DNA of 42,044 nucleotides from Gammaproteobacteria bacterium (GTDB taxonomy: Bacteria; Pseudomonadota; Gammaproteobacteria; Ga0077536): positions 1 through 42,044 of the forward strand of contig JBBDTC010000105.1 of the NCBI GenBank assembly GCA_040904625.1, read 5' to 3'. Under the pieces are notes generated by a model that saw only the letters and a program-made list of their open reading frames with translations, made no database searches and had not been told where the DNA came from. A program made the translations under genes and the position numbers. This document shows positions 24,556-32,111 of this stretch, in pieces (within the stretch, counting starts at the first letter, position 1; each line of letters starts with the position of its first letter).

Positions 24556-24753
24556 TCACGCGGGCTCCCCCTTCGCGATCTCACCTGCCTCGACAAGCAA
24601 GTCAGCGGAGAGGGTCCGGATCAACTCTCCGTCGTCTCTCTGGTCGAACGGCTCGATCCTGATGCTGAAGTCGTCGCCCTCGCGCGTCATCGTCACGCGC
24701 CGCCCGTGGCGGTCACGCCCGAGATCCCAGGTGACGCTAGCCGGCTTCTTCAT
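24556..24753 (-). CDS. Hypothetical 65-aa protein
   Basis: Its start forms an ATGA overlap with the stop of the TerS-like gene at 24750-24753. Confidence 0.45.
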   Translation of the reverse strand: MKKPASVTWDLGRDRHGRRVTMTREGDDFSIRIEPFDQRDDGELIRTLSADLLVEAGEIAKGEPA

Positions 24754-25346
24754 CCCTTCACCCCCAGGATCTTCGCCTTGATCTCCTCGGCCGTCTCGGC
24801 GGTCAGCCCGTGGGCCTTGGCAACCGTGTCGACCGCCTTCTCGGCCTTGGCCCGGACGTCGGTCTCGATCTTCTTGCGCGTGTCGGTCGAGATCTTCTTC
24901 GCCTCCTCGGCGTGCTTGAGCGCACGGCTCGTGAACATCAGCATCTCGGCCGTGGCGCCGTCGGCGGCGAGGTCGCCGGCATTGCCGAGCATTTCCGCCA
25001 CCAGCGTCTTGATCGTCTCGGCCACCAGCAACGTGAGCTCGTTGTCGCCGGCGGCCTCGATCTTGGGCGCCAGGACGGCGGCGATCTCGCGCGTCTCCTG
25101 GAGCCGGCGGCCGAGCACCGCCAGGCGCACGGCGGAACGGTTGAAGGCCGAGCGCGAGATCTGCGGCGGCTCAGGCTCGCCCTGTTCCCAGGCCGCCGCC
25201 CGGAGCCGGTCGTTGAACGCCTCGAGGATCTCCAGCTGCGGCAGCTTGCGCTCCTTCAGCTGCTCGAAGGCCCACAGCTTCGCCTCGTCCGCCCACTCGG
25301 GCAGCCTGTCGATCGCCGATAGGCGGCCTCGGCCGCGGCGGGCCAT
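24750..25346 (-). CDS. Terminase small subunit (Mu gp27 / DUF3486 family)
   Basis: MARRGRGRLSAIDRLPEWADE...LPQLEILEAFN, an N-terminal HTH-type segment followed by a helical body. It lies upstream of TerL. Confidence 0.7.
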   Translation of the reverse strand: MARRGRGRLSAIDRLPEWADEAKLWAFEQLKERKLPQLEILEAFNDRLRAAAWEQGEPEPPQISRSAFNRSAVRLAVLGRRLQETREIAAVLAPKIEAAGDNELTLLVAETIKTLVAEMLGNAGDLAADGATAEMLMFTSRALKHAEEAKKISTDTRKKIETDVRAKAEKAVDTVAKAHGLTAETAEEIKAKILGVKG

Positions 25347-25348
25347 CT

Positions 25349-25645
25349 TCAGGACTCCGCCGGCGACGGCCGCTTGACGCCCTCGATTGCGATGCGCCGC
25401 TGGACGTGGTCGAGGCCCTTGGCCGTGATCGAGGCGATGCGCACCGAGCCGACTTCAGTCACCGTGATGGCGCCCATGGACGCGAGCCAGCCCAGCTCGT
25501 CGTGCACCCAGTCGCGCGGCTTGGCGATCCCGTAGACCTGCAGGTTGTCCTGCAGCGCGGCGGAATTGAGCGACCCGTTGGTTTCGTTCGCCAGCACGCG
25601 CAGCACGATCAGCCGGGCATGCTCGCGGATGATCCGGTCCATCAT
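25349..25645 (-). CDS. Winged-helix phage protein conserved next to Mu-type TerS
   Basis: RLIVLRVLANETNGSLNSAALQDNLQVYGI...WLASMGAITV...GVKRPSP resembles the small winged-helix proteins of Mu-like packaging modules. Confidence 0.55.
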   Translation of the reverse strand: MMDRIIREHARLIVLRVLANETNGSLNSAALQDNLQVYGIAKPRDWVHDELGWLASMGAITVTEVGSVRIASITAKGLDHVQRRIAIEGVKRPSPAES

Positions 25646-25767
25646 TCTCCGGCCGCCTCTTCCTCTAGGGCCATGATCCGCATCTCCAGAACGACGATGC
25701 TCTCGTCCCGGTCGAGTGATTGGTATTTGGCCATCAGGTCCAGCAACTCGCTTTCGAACTCTTCCAT
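25642..25767 (-). CDS. Small 41-aa acidic protein
   Basis: MEEFESELLDLMAKYQSLDRDESIVVLEMRIMALEEEAAGE, coupled on both sides (TAATG upstream, ATGA downstream). Confidence 0.35.
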   Translation of the reverse strand: MEEFESELLDLMAKYQSLDRDESIVVLEMRIMALEEEAAGE

Positions 25768-26156
25768 TACTTGCGGGGCTCCCGGTGCTTGCGGTCGTCG
25801 CGGTGCTGCTCCAGCAGGAACTCCTGCAGCCGGTCGGCGATCGCCGCCACGGGCACCAGGCGCTCGTTGAGCACGCCCATCTGCCCGCGCATCTCGGTGA
25901 GCGTGAGCTCCATCCGCTGCACCGTGTCCCGGCCCGGCATGTGGGCCATGTCGACCTCGATGCGGTCGCTGCGCCGCTCGCACTCCTCGACCCGCTTGGT
26001 CACCGCCCCGATCTCCTGCCTGGTGTCGTGGGCGAGCTTCTCGAGCTGCTCGGCGTTGTTCCGCGTCCCGGCGGTGAGCCATATATAAAGCGTGGCGCCG
26101 ATCGAGATCAGCAGCGCCAGCGTCGAGACCCACGGCTGAATATCCGCCCCCGTCAT
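25767..26156 (-). CDS. Membrane-anchored coiled-coil protein (DUF2730-like)
   Basis: N-terminal TM helix (WVSTLALLISIGATLYIWL) followed by a helical domain, with an ATGA overlap at 26153-26156. Confidence 0.5.
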   Translation of the reverse strand: MTGADIQPWVSTLALLISIGATLYIWLTAGTRNNAEQLEKLAHDTRQEIGAVTKRVEECERRSDRIEVDMAHMPGRDTVQRMELTLTEMRGQMGVLNERLVPVAAIADRLQEFLLEQHRDDRKHREPRK

Positions 26157-26554
26157 TTCGACCGCCACCCGCCGCCGCTGGCGACTCCGCAGGCGAGGTC
26201 GCCGCCACCGGTGACGGCTACGATCGACCAGACCCCTTCTGGTGAAACCAGCAGGAGGATCTCGGTTCCGTCATCCACGATGCCGGCCCCGGTCGAAACC
26301 TGCCCGAACATCTCTGCGTGGACGGTGAGCATGGCCGCTGCATCGGCGCACGGCGCCTCGAACACCAGTGTCATGCTGGCGGGCGGGGGCATCGGCAGGG
26401 GCTCGGGCATGTCGCCGGGCAACTCCGTGGCTGCGGCGGCCGCCTGGTGCACGGGAAGCTCCGCCGGCACCGCAACCACCGACTCGATCCCCAGCGCCAC
26501 GACCACCACCAGGAGGGCCAGGGCGAGCGCGAAGCAATAATCGCGGAACCTCAT
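26153..26554 (-). CDS. Secreted/periplasmic protein with a signal peptide
   Basis: MRFRDYCFALALALLVVVVALG is a signal-like N-terminus, with an ATGA overlap at 26551-26554. Confidence 0.5.
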   Translation of the reverse strand: MRFRDYCFALALALLVVVVALGIESVVAVPAELPVHQAAAAATELPGDMPEPLPMPPPASMTLVFEAPCADAAAMLTVHAEMFGQVSTGAGIVDDGTEILLLVSPEGVWSIVAVTGGGDLACGVASGGGWRSK

Positions 26555-26631
26555 GCCTCCCCCTCCCGCGCCCACCGCCACGCCAGAAAACCGAAGGCGG
26601 CGGTGATCAGAATTCGTGTCGATCTCGTCAT
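26551..26631 (-). CDS. 26-aa hydrophobic micro-ORF
   Basis: MTRSTRILITAAFGFLAWRWAREGEA, with a GGGGGA Shine-Dalgarno sequence 4-9 nt upstream. Its stop overlaps the next start (ATGA). Confidence 0.3.
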   Translation of the reverse strand: MTRSTRILITAAFGFLAWRWAREGEA

Positions 26632-26642
26632 GGTATCCCCCT

Positions 26643-26837
26643 TCAACCGCCGAAGAGCAGGTAAGCCCAGTATGCGGCCCCGGCGGCGACAGTGCCGAAG
26701 CCGCCGAGAATGGGCCTCCACCCTTCGTTCTGTCGCACCGAACCACCGCCGGGGTTCATCATGTTGCCGCCGATCATCAGCAGTACCCATGCGATGCCGA
26801 CCAGCAGCACCAGGGTCGCGAGCACGTAGTCAGCCAT
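26643..26837 (-). CDS. Holin-like two-TM protein (64 aa)
   Basis: MADYVLATLVLLVGIAWVLLMIGG...FGTVAAGAAYWAYLLFGG has two hydrophobic helices. It is adjacent to the spanin and endolysin genes. Confidence 0.5.
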   Translation of the reverse strand: MADYVLATLVLLVGIAWVLLMIGGNMMNPGGGSVRQNEGWRPILGGFGTVAAGAAYWAYLLFGG

Positions 26838-27111
26838 CGATTCCCTCCCCGTAAATCGTCCGCACGTCGTTGTAGAAATGATCCTTCCCGGCGTTCTTCC
26901 GGCTGCATTCGCCGAGCGCCAGGCGCGTCTCGGCGATGGTCTCGACGGCATCCTCCGCCACGCCCGGATCACGGCAGTCGCCGGCCACCTCCGCAGGCCA
27001 GTCCGGCAGGTCGGGGCTGAGCACCGCCGGCACGTCAGCGGATGTCGAGCAACCGGCGACGAACATCAGGATCGAGGCGGCAGCCGTCGCCCTTATCGCT
27101 CCGCAGCGCAT
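26830..27111 (-). CDS. Outer-membrane spanin (Rz1-like lipoprotein)
   Basis: Lipobox ILMFVAGCS. The gene overlaps the 3' end of the i-spanin gene in a different frame. Confidence 0.65.
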   Translation of the reverse strand: MRCGAIRATAAASILMFVAGCSTSADVPAVLSPDLPDWPAEVAGDCRDPGVAEDAVETIAETRLALGECSRKNAGKDHFYNDVRTIYGEGIDG

Positions 27112-27367
27112 TCACTTTCCCCCTCATGGCCTCGATCTCGGCCAGGCGCCGGAGGCCTTCCGATCGCGCCCTCTCCAGCACTTCGTCCCTGGCCTTCGCC
27201 TGCCGAGCCTGCTCGGCCACGACCACGCGCAGGTCCTCGGCTTCGGCGCGCGCCCGCTCGGCCGACACGATGGTGTGGTGCACCCACGCATAGGCCGCGA
27301 GTGCCGCCACCCCGATGGCCAGCGGCTGCCAGACGAGGCCGAGGACCCTGAGCGCGACCCGCGTCAT
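27035..27367 (-). CDS. Inner-membrane spanin (Rz-like)
   Basis: An N-terminal TM helix followed by a charged coiled coil (ERARAEAEDLRVVVAEQARQAKARDEVLERAR). Confidence 0.65.
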   Translation of the reverse strand: MTRVALRVLGLVWQPLAIGVAALAAYAWVHHTIVSAERARAEAEDLRVVVAEQARQAKARDEVLERARSEGLRRLAEIEAMRGKVNALRSDKGDGCRLDPDVRRRLLDIR

Positions 27368-28404
27368 GACGTCTTGCCGCGCCGCTCATCGTCCACCCGG
27401 GCCTGACCGGCCTTCCATGCCTGCCACGCGATATAGGCGCCGATCGCCACCGCCACGGCGCAGACGGCCAGGCCGTATTCGGCGACGAACCAGCGCACCG
27501 GCCGCAGCCAGTCGCCGATCTGCCCGACCGTGTCGGCCACTTGGCCCGCCATGCCGACCGCGCCGCCCACCGCCACGCCGCCGCCGGCGGCGACGTTCTT
27601 CAGGCTGGCATCGGCGATGCGGCTTTCCTTGGCGAGACCGGCGAGATTGGCCTCCGCGCGCTGCACCGAAATCGGGCGCCGCTTGCCCCGGTCGATCGCC
27701 TCCAGCGTCACCGGCCCGGCGATACCGTCGGTCTCGATGTCGTTGTCGGCCTGGAACGCCAGCACGGCGGCCCGAGTGCGTGCCCCGAAGCTGCCGTCGA
27801 TGTAGCCGACCTGATAGCCGAGCTCATCCAGCCGCTGCTGCAGGATCTCCACCGCGACGCCCCTGCTGCCCATCCTGAGCAGCGCTCCCTCCCCCCTTGT
27901 GGGGGAGGGCTGGGGTGGGGGGGCAACCGCCACCGCGTCATCGGGCTCGGCCCGCCGATCCGCCGCCGGCGCCCGCCGGATGCCCAGCAGCCGCACGTGC
28001 GGATAAGTCGTGACAGTCACCGCATCGCGTTGGTTGCCGCCCAGAACCTCCACCCTGTCGCCGGCCCACCCGAGGAAGAACGCGACATGCCCCTCCGCCG
28101 GGTTCTTGCCGCGCGAGAACACGGCCACATCGCCCGGTCGGGCATCGCTCTCCACGACCGCCTTGCCCCACTTCATGTAGGAGCGAGCCGCCAGCGAGCG
28201 GGTCGATCGCACGCCGCCGCGCTCCAAGCAGGCGCCGACGAAGGCGGCGCACCACGGCACCTCGTCGTGCTCGACCCACTTGTGGCCGAGCTGGCCGTAC
28301 ATCGCCATGATGACGGGGTTGTCCTTCGCGCCGGCGATCTCCTTCGTCCCGAGGAGCTCGCGCGCGATGGTGAGGTGCTTGGGGTCTGCGTCGCTGTTCG
28401 TCAT
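27364..28404 (-). CDS. Endolysin: CHAP/NlpC-P60-like domain, PG_binding_1 domain and C-terminal TM anchor
   Basis: VPWCAAFVGACL (Cys) and EGHVAFFLGW (His); LQQRLDELGYQVGYIDGSFGARTRAAVLAFQ (peptidoglycan-binding repeat); C-terminal hydrophobic segment YGLAVCAVAVAIGAYIAWQAW. Confidence 0.8.
   Translation of the reverse strand: MTNSDADPKHLTIARELLGTKEIAGAKDNPVIMAMYGQLGHKWVEHDEVPWCAAFVGACLERGGVRSTRSLAARSYMKWGKAVVESDARPGDVAVFSRGKNPAEGHVAFFLGWAGDRVEVLGGNQRDAVTVTTYPHVRLLGIRRAPAADRRAEPDDAVAVAPPPQPSPTRGEGALLRMGSRGVAVEILQQRLDELGYQVGYIDGSFGARTRAAVLAFQADNDIETDGIAGPVTLEAIDRGKRRPISVQRAEANLAGLAKESRIADASLKNVAAGGGVAVGGAVGMAGQVADTVGQIGDWLRPVRWFVAEYGLAVCAVAVAIGAYIAWQAWKAGQARVDDERRGKTS
27881..27923 (+). repeat. 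GC-rich hairpin element, copy in the endolysin linker
   Basis: AGCGCTCCCTCCCCCCTTGTGGGGGAGGGCTGGGGTGGGGGGG has a 9-bp stem, CCCTCCCCC/GGGGGAGGG. It is read in frame as PPPQPSPTRGEGAL. Confidence 0.8.
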
Positions 28405-28439
28405 GGCAGCGACGGTAGTGGGGATTATCGGGATTCCTA

Positions 28440-28459
28440 CCGGTGATGCGCGTCACCGG
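28440..28459. promoter_or_regulatory. Palindrome CCGGTGATGCGCGTCACCGG upstream of the lysis operon (putative late-activator site)
   Basis: One mismatch from the copy at 16619-16638. It is followed on the minus strand by AATCCCGATAATCCCCAC, which contains a GATAAT -10-like hexamer. It lies directly downstream of the Mor/C gene, as Plys does in Mu. Confidence 0.5.
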
Positions 28460-28483
28460 GGCCGCCCCGTCCCGGTCTCAAAT

Positions 28484-28518
28484 GGGGGTCAACCCCCACA
28501 TAAAGTGTTGTCGACAAC
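28484..28518 (-). terminator. Hairpin region between the Mor/C gene and the late promoter
   Basis: GGGGG-TCAA-CCCCC (28484-28497), followed on the minus strand by ATTTG, plus the 12-bp palindrome GTTGTCGACAAC (28507-28518). Confidence 0.3.
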
Positions 28519-28527
28519 AACCCCGCC

Positions 28528-28944
28528 TCAGGACTCGAACAGATCGCCCTGGGCGAGCAGCGCGTCGGCCGTGGGCACCTGGCCGTTGCGGTGCTTCTTG
28601 GCGGTCCGCGCATGGCATCCGACGGCACGGGCAATCTGGGCCGCCGACGCGCCGGCGTCAATCAGCTCGCGCATGCGCCGCCAGCGGGCCGCCTGGGAGG
28701 CGCTCGGTCCCATGGGCACCAGCAGCTCGATGCCGGACTGTCCGGGCGCCAGCGCCCGGCCGATGGTCAGGGCCTTGTCGTGGCCGACCGTCGTGCTGAG
28801 CCAGTGCCGCGGCCCCGGACGGGCCGGGAAATAGGCGTTGGTCCCGCCCTTGACGCGGGCGATCTCCAGCGCCGCCGCCAGACCGGCGGCCTCGGCGATC
28901 TCCTGCAGGATGCCCGGCAGGCGGTATTTGCGCTCGAGGCTCAC
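28528..28944 (-). CDS. Mor/C-family late transcription activator
   Basis: LPGILQEIAEAAGLAAALEIARVKGGTNAYFP... with a C-terminal HTH (ASAAQIARAVGCHARTAKKHRN). The GTG start forms a GTGA overlap with the upstream stop. Confidence 0.7.
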   Translation of the reverse strand: MSLERKYRLPGILQEIAEAAGLAAALEIARVKGGTNAYFPARPGPRHWLSTTVGHDKALTIGRALAPGQSGIELLVPMGPSASQAARWRRMRELIDAGASAAQIARAVGCHARTAKKHRNGQVPTADALLAQGDLFES

Positions 28945-29141
28945 CGGGGCCGGTCCCTCAATGCCGCTTCCAGCTCGAGCTGGCGCGTGGTCAGCGCCTT
29001 CTGCCGGATCTCGAGCTCGATGCGCTTGCGGTGCCCGCGCGGCAGCATGCGCATCCACTCCAGCAGCCGGTCGCGCTCGGCCGCAATCTTCTCGATTTCC
29101 TGGGTGCTGGCCCAGCCGATCAGCGGCAGCGGCCGGTTCAT
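28941..29141 (-). CDS. Hypothetical 66-aa coiled-coil protein
   Basis: MNRPLPLIGWASTQEIEKIAAERDRLLEW... Its ATG forms an ATGA overlap with the stop of the 29138-29806 reading frame. Confidence 0.45.
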   Translation of the reverse strand: MNRPLPLIGWASTQEIEKIAAERDRLLEWMRMLPRGHRKRIELEIRQKALTTRQLELEAALRDRPR

Positions 29142-29806
29142 CGGTAATCCTCCGCCCGCTCGAGCCGCGCCCGGCAGGGCGAGCCATTCGAGCTGCGACC
29201 CGACATCTCTGTTCCTGTCGAGAACAACACGGCCACCGCTATCAACGAACCAAACCGCCCAACCATATGCGGTGGCCGAGCTCGCATCGGGATCAAGCCG
29301 ATCCTTGACCATCGGGATGCGCTCCACCGATTGGAGCCAGCATGTGGGGCGACGTGCGGTCGAGAACAGCTCGCACCAGCGCTCGTCGCCTTCCAGCCAG
29401 GCGGTACGCAGCAGCAGCGCCACGCCTTCGCTCGCGCGGACAAGGCGACCTCTGCGAACTCCAGCGCCTTCGTAAATGGCGGGTTCGTGATGATCCAGCC
29501 GTACGCGCGCTCCGGCTCGGGGGCGTCGAACAACGGCTGCGGCAGGAAGTCCCGGACCTCACCGAAGCCGTAGGGGAAGATGTCCGACGCGTGCACCTGG
29601 CCGAAGTGCTCCGCTAGGGCCTGCGCCATATGACCCTCGCCGCAGGCAGGCTCCCAGCACGTCTGGTGGCGCGGGGTTTCGCCACGCTTGTAAAGCCATT
29701 CGCAGAAGCCCCGCACCGCCCATGGCGGCGTCGGGAAATAGTCGAGCTCGTCGGGCGCCGAGGCGCGCCGGGCCATCACGGCCGTGGAGCCGGCGGGGCG
29801 GGTCAT
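29138..29806 (-). pseudogene. N6-adenine DNA methyltransferase with an internal frameshift
   Basis: The N-terminal part (YFPTPPWAVR, WEPACGEGHM, WIITNPPF) is in one frame up to ...SARAKA. The expected continuation (VALLLRTAWLEGDERWCELF...SSATAYGWAVWF) is in another frame (ORF 28941-29423). The original frame then reads Cys/Trp/Arg-rich nonsense. Confidence 0.65.
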
Positions 29807-30054
29807 GGCCGCACCTTCTTTGGCGGCATGGTCTGCTCCAGCACCGTCACGACGGTGCCGTGCCTGACGACGTAGGAGAGACCGTCGGCAACAATCGCGT
29901 ACTCGGTCTCGGCCACCGCCCCGGCCGCCACTCGGGCGCGATCGAGCGAGGCACTCAAGGCGTCGCGGATGGCCGCGATGTCATGGCCGCCGGCGCGCTC
30001 CAGGAAGCGCACAAGGGCATGGTCGGAGATCCTCAAGCCTTGCCTGTCAGACAT
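29803..30054 (-). CDS. Hypothetical 83-aa protein
   Basis: Complete ORF with compact spacing in the middle operon. Confidence 0.45.
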   Translation of the reverse strand: MSDRQGLRISDHALVRFLERAGGHDIAAIRDALSASLDRARVAAGAVAETEYAIVADGLSYVVRHGTVVTVLEQTMPPKKVRP

Positions 30055-30394
30055 GCCCCTCTCCCTGTTTCATGGCCGCGATCTCGCCCTCGAGCTCCGC
30101 CACCCGCTCGCGCAGGCGGATCATCTCGGCGGCGCCGCGCGCCAGCGGCTCGCCCTCGGCCATGGCGAAGTCGATCAGCGCCTTGACTTCGACCAGGGTG
30201 AGCGGCGCGCGGACCAGGCTACCGGACTCGGTGGCGATGAGCTCCATCACGATCGCCCCGGCGGGGTCATAGGCGCAGGCCCGGTCGATCATCACGATCT
30301 TGCCGGTGACCTGGCGGCGGCGGAACGCGTCGCGGCGATCCTCCAATTCGGGGCCGGCGACGATCTCGCGCATGGTGGCGAAGCGGCGCATCAT
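30047..30394 (-). CDS. Hypothetical 115-aa protein
   Basis: ATGA overlap with the GemA-like stop at 30391-30394. Confidence 0.45.
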   Translation of the reverse strand: MMRRFATMREIVAGPELEDRRDAFRRRQVTGKIVMIDRACAYDPAGAIVMELIATESGSLVRAPLTLVEVKALIDFAMAEGEPLARGAAEMIRLRERVAELEGEIAAMKQGEGHV

Positions 30395-31086
30395 CCGGTC
30401 CTCTCTGCCTGGCGCGCCAGCGCGCCCCGGAGCTTGGCCCCGGCGACGCGGATCAGCTTGTCCCAGTCGGCCGGTTCGTAGAAGCCGAAGGCGGCCTTGC
30501 CGGTCACCCTCCAGCCGTAGCCCTCAATGTCGGAACGGTGCAGCTCGGCCAGGTACGGCTTGAAGGCGCCGAGCGCCACGAGGCGCCGGAACTGGGCCTC
30601 GACGACGCAGCGGCGCGGATTGTCCGACTGGCTCCAGTCCACGTCGGCCTCGCGGGCGAACCAGCTCTTGAGCGCTTCCACGACCACGCGGGCGTCCTCG
30701 GCCCGGGTCAGCCACCGGCTGGACTCGATGCCGGTCTGGCGCTTGATGAAAGCGGCCATGGCGCCGTCGCTGCGATCGCGCACGATGCCGAGGTGCCAGC
30801 CCGACAGCCACAGGGCGCGGACCTTGGGCAGATAGACGGAGTCGGCAAAGCCCTTTTCGCCCCCCTTCGAAGGCGGCTTCGAAGAGGCGTTGAAGCCCCG
30901 CTGCTGGAAGTGCCGCAGGGCGCGCGACAGCTCCGCCTCGGTCATATCCTTGGCCGAGCGCCGGCCGGTCGCCGCCTCGAGCGTGTCGCGATACAGCCCG
31001 TCGTCGAGCCCGAGCTGCTTCTTGGCGATATGCAGCTTGGCGATCATCGCGCTGCGTTCAGAACGGGGCTGGCGGGCGGCGGTCAT
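30391..31086 (-). CDS. gemA: GemA-like regulatory protein (Mu gp16, DUF1018)
   Basis: The signature IAKLHIAKKQLGLDDGLYRDTLEAATGRRSAKDMTEAEL is typical of the family. Confidence 0.7.
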   Translation of the reverse strand: MTAARQPRSERSAMIAKLHIAKKQLGLDDGLYRDTLEAATGRRSAKDMTEAELSRALRHFQQRGFNASSKPPSKGGEKGFADSVYLPKVRALWLSGWHLGIVRDRSDGAMAAFIKRQTGIESSRWLTRAEDARVVVEALKSWFAREADVDWSQSDNPRRCVVEAQFRRLVALGAFKPYLAELHRSDIEGYGWRVTGKAAFGFYEPADWDKLIRVAGAKLRGALARQAERTG

Positions 31087-31466
31087 TGCAGGTCCTCCCA
31101 GCAGATCAGGAGGCCGGTGAACTCGTCTTTGCCGGGGTGGTGCTTGCGCCAGAACGCCTTCAATTCCGCCCAGGACTGGAAACCGTCGTTGCGGGCGAAG
31201 CCTTCCAGCCCGCCCTCATACCCGAAGCCGGGCAAGATGATGCCCTCCCCCTCGGGATCGTTGTCGTCGAAGAGAATGGTGATCCGCCACCACTCCGAGC
31301 AGCGGACTCGTTTGATCAGCCGGCAGTGGCGCGTGCGCAGTCCGGTGTAGAGCTGGAGCTCCTCGCCGGCATGCGGGTTTCGCTTTCGTTCACTGCGCAC
31401 TGTCTGGCACTTCGTCCCGGCGAGGATCGGAGGAACGAACTGCCGCTGGAACGAATAGGCCACCAT
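31083..31466 (-). CDS. ASCH-domain protein
   Basis: MVAYSFQRQFVPPILAGTKCQTVR is an ASCH-type N-terminus. The start shares one nucleotide with the upstream stop. Confidence 0.5.
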   Translation of the reverse strand: MVAYSFQRQFVPPILAGTKCQTVRSERKRNPHAGEELQLYTGLRTRHCRLIKRVRCSEWWRITILFDDNDPEGEGIILPGFGYEGGLEGFARNDGFQSWAELKAFWRKHHPGKDEFTGLLICWEDLQ

Positions 31467-31672
31467 CACAGCAGCCCCTTGTCGTCGAACACAGTTGCGT
31501 CGGCGTGCATCCACCGCCACTCGTCGACCATGCGTTCAAGCCGCTTGATGCGCTCGGCGGTCAGATCGTCGTAGTGGGTGTCACACAGGCGAGCAGCGAG
31601 ACGGTGGAGCCTGTCGCCCGGCTCAAACTCGATGCGCCTGTTCATGTATTCAGCGGCGATGGGCTTGCGCAT
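31466..31672 (-). CDS. Hypothetical 68-aa protein ending KGLL
   Basis: Starts MRKPIAAEY, with TGATG junctions on both sides. Confidence 0.4.
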   Translation of the reverse strand: MRKPIAAEYMNRRIEFEPGDRLHRLAARLCDTHYDDLTAERIKRLERMVDEWRWMHADATVFDDKGLL

Positions 31673-31884
31673 CACAGCAGCCCCTTCTCGACCGCCAGCC
31701 ACTCGGGAATGTCGAGCCAGTAGGTCTCCCCGTCGCCGTTGGGCGTCAGCTCCACCTGCGACAGCGGCACCCAGGCGGGCTCGCGAGTCGAGTTGACCGA
31801 ATCCACCAGGACGGCCCGATCCGTCTGGTGGCGCAGGTAGACGCTCATGCCGATGAGGTCCGACTTCCCGGCGTTCTCAGCCAT
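31672..31884 (-). CDS. Hypothetical 70-aa protein ending PEWLAVEKGLL
   Basis: Starts MAENAGKSD. The C-terminal PxWLAxEKGL motif is common in small early phage proteins. Confidence 0.45.
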   Translation of the reverse strand: MAENAGKSDLIGMSVYLRHQTDRAVLVDSVNSTREPAWVPLSQVELTPNGDGETYWLDIPEWLAVEKGLL

Positions 31885-31886
31885 GA

Positions 31887-32111
31887 TCAATCTCGCCTTG
31901 CTGGGGGTGGTGGCGGGCTTTCGTGGTCGTGGGCGTCGGGCGGGAAGCTCATGCCCCAACCCGCCGGCCGGTCCTGCCGGCGCAGACTGTCATCCTCGCG
32001 CTCCGCCAGCCAGCCGGCGGTGACCAGCATGACGACGGCGCCGATGATCATGCCGAGGACAACGCCGGCGGCCCCGGCCACGATGGCGACAGAAATCAGT
32101 AGCTCGTTCAT
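31887..32111 (-). CDS. Small single-TM membrane protein (74 aa)
   Basis: MNELLISVAIVAGAAGVVLGMIIGAVVMLVTAGWL, with an ATGA overlap with the HNH-like gene stop. Confidence 0.45.
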   Translation of the reverse strand: MNELLISVAIVAGAAGVVLGMIIGAVVMLVTAGWLAEREDDSLRRQDRPAGWGMSFPPDAHDHESPPPPPARRD

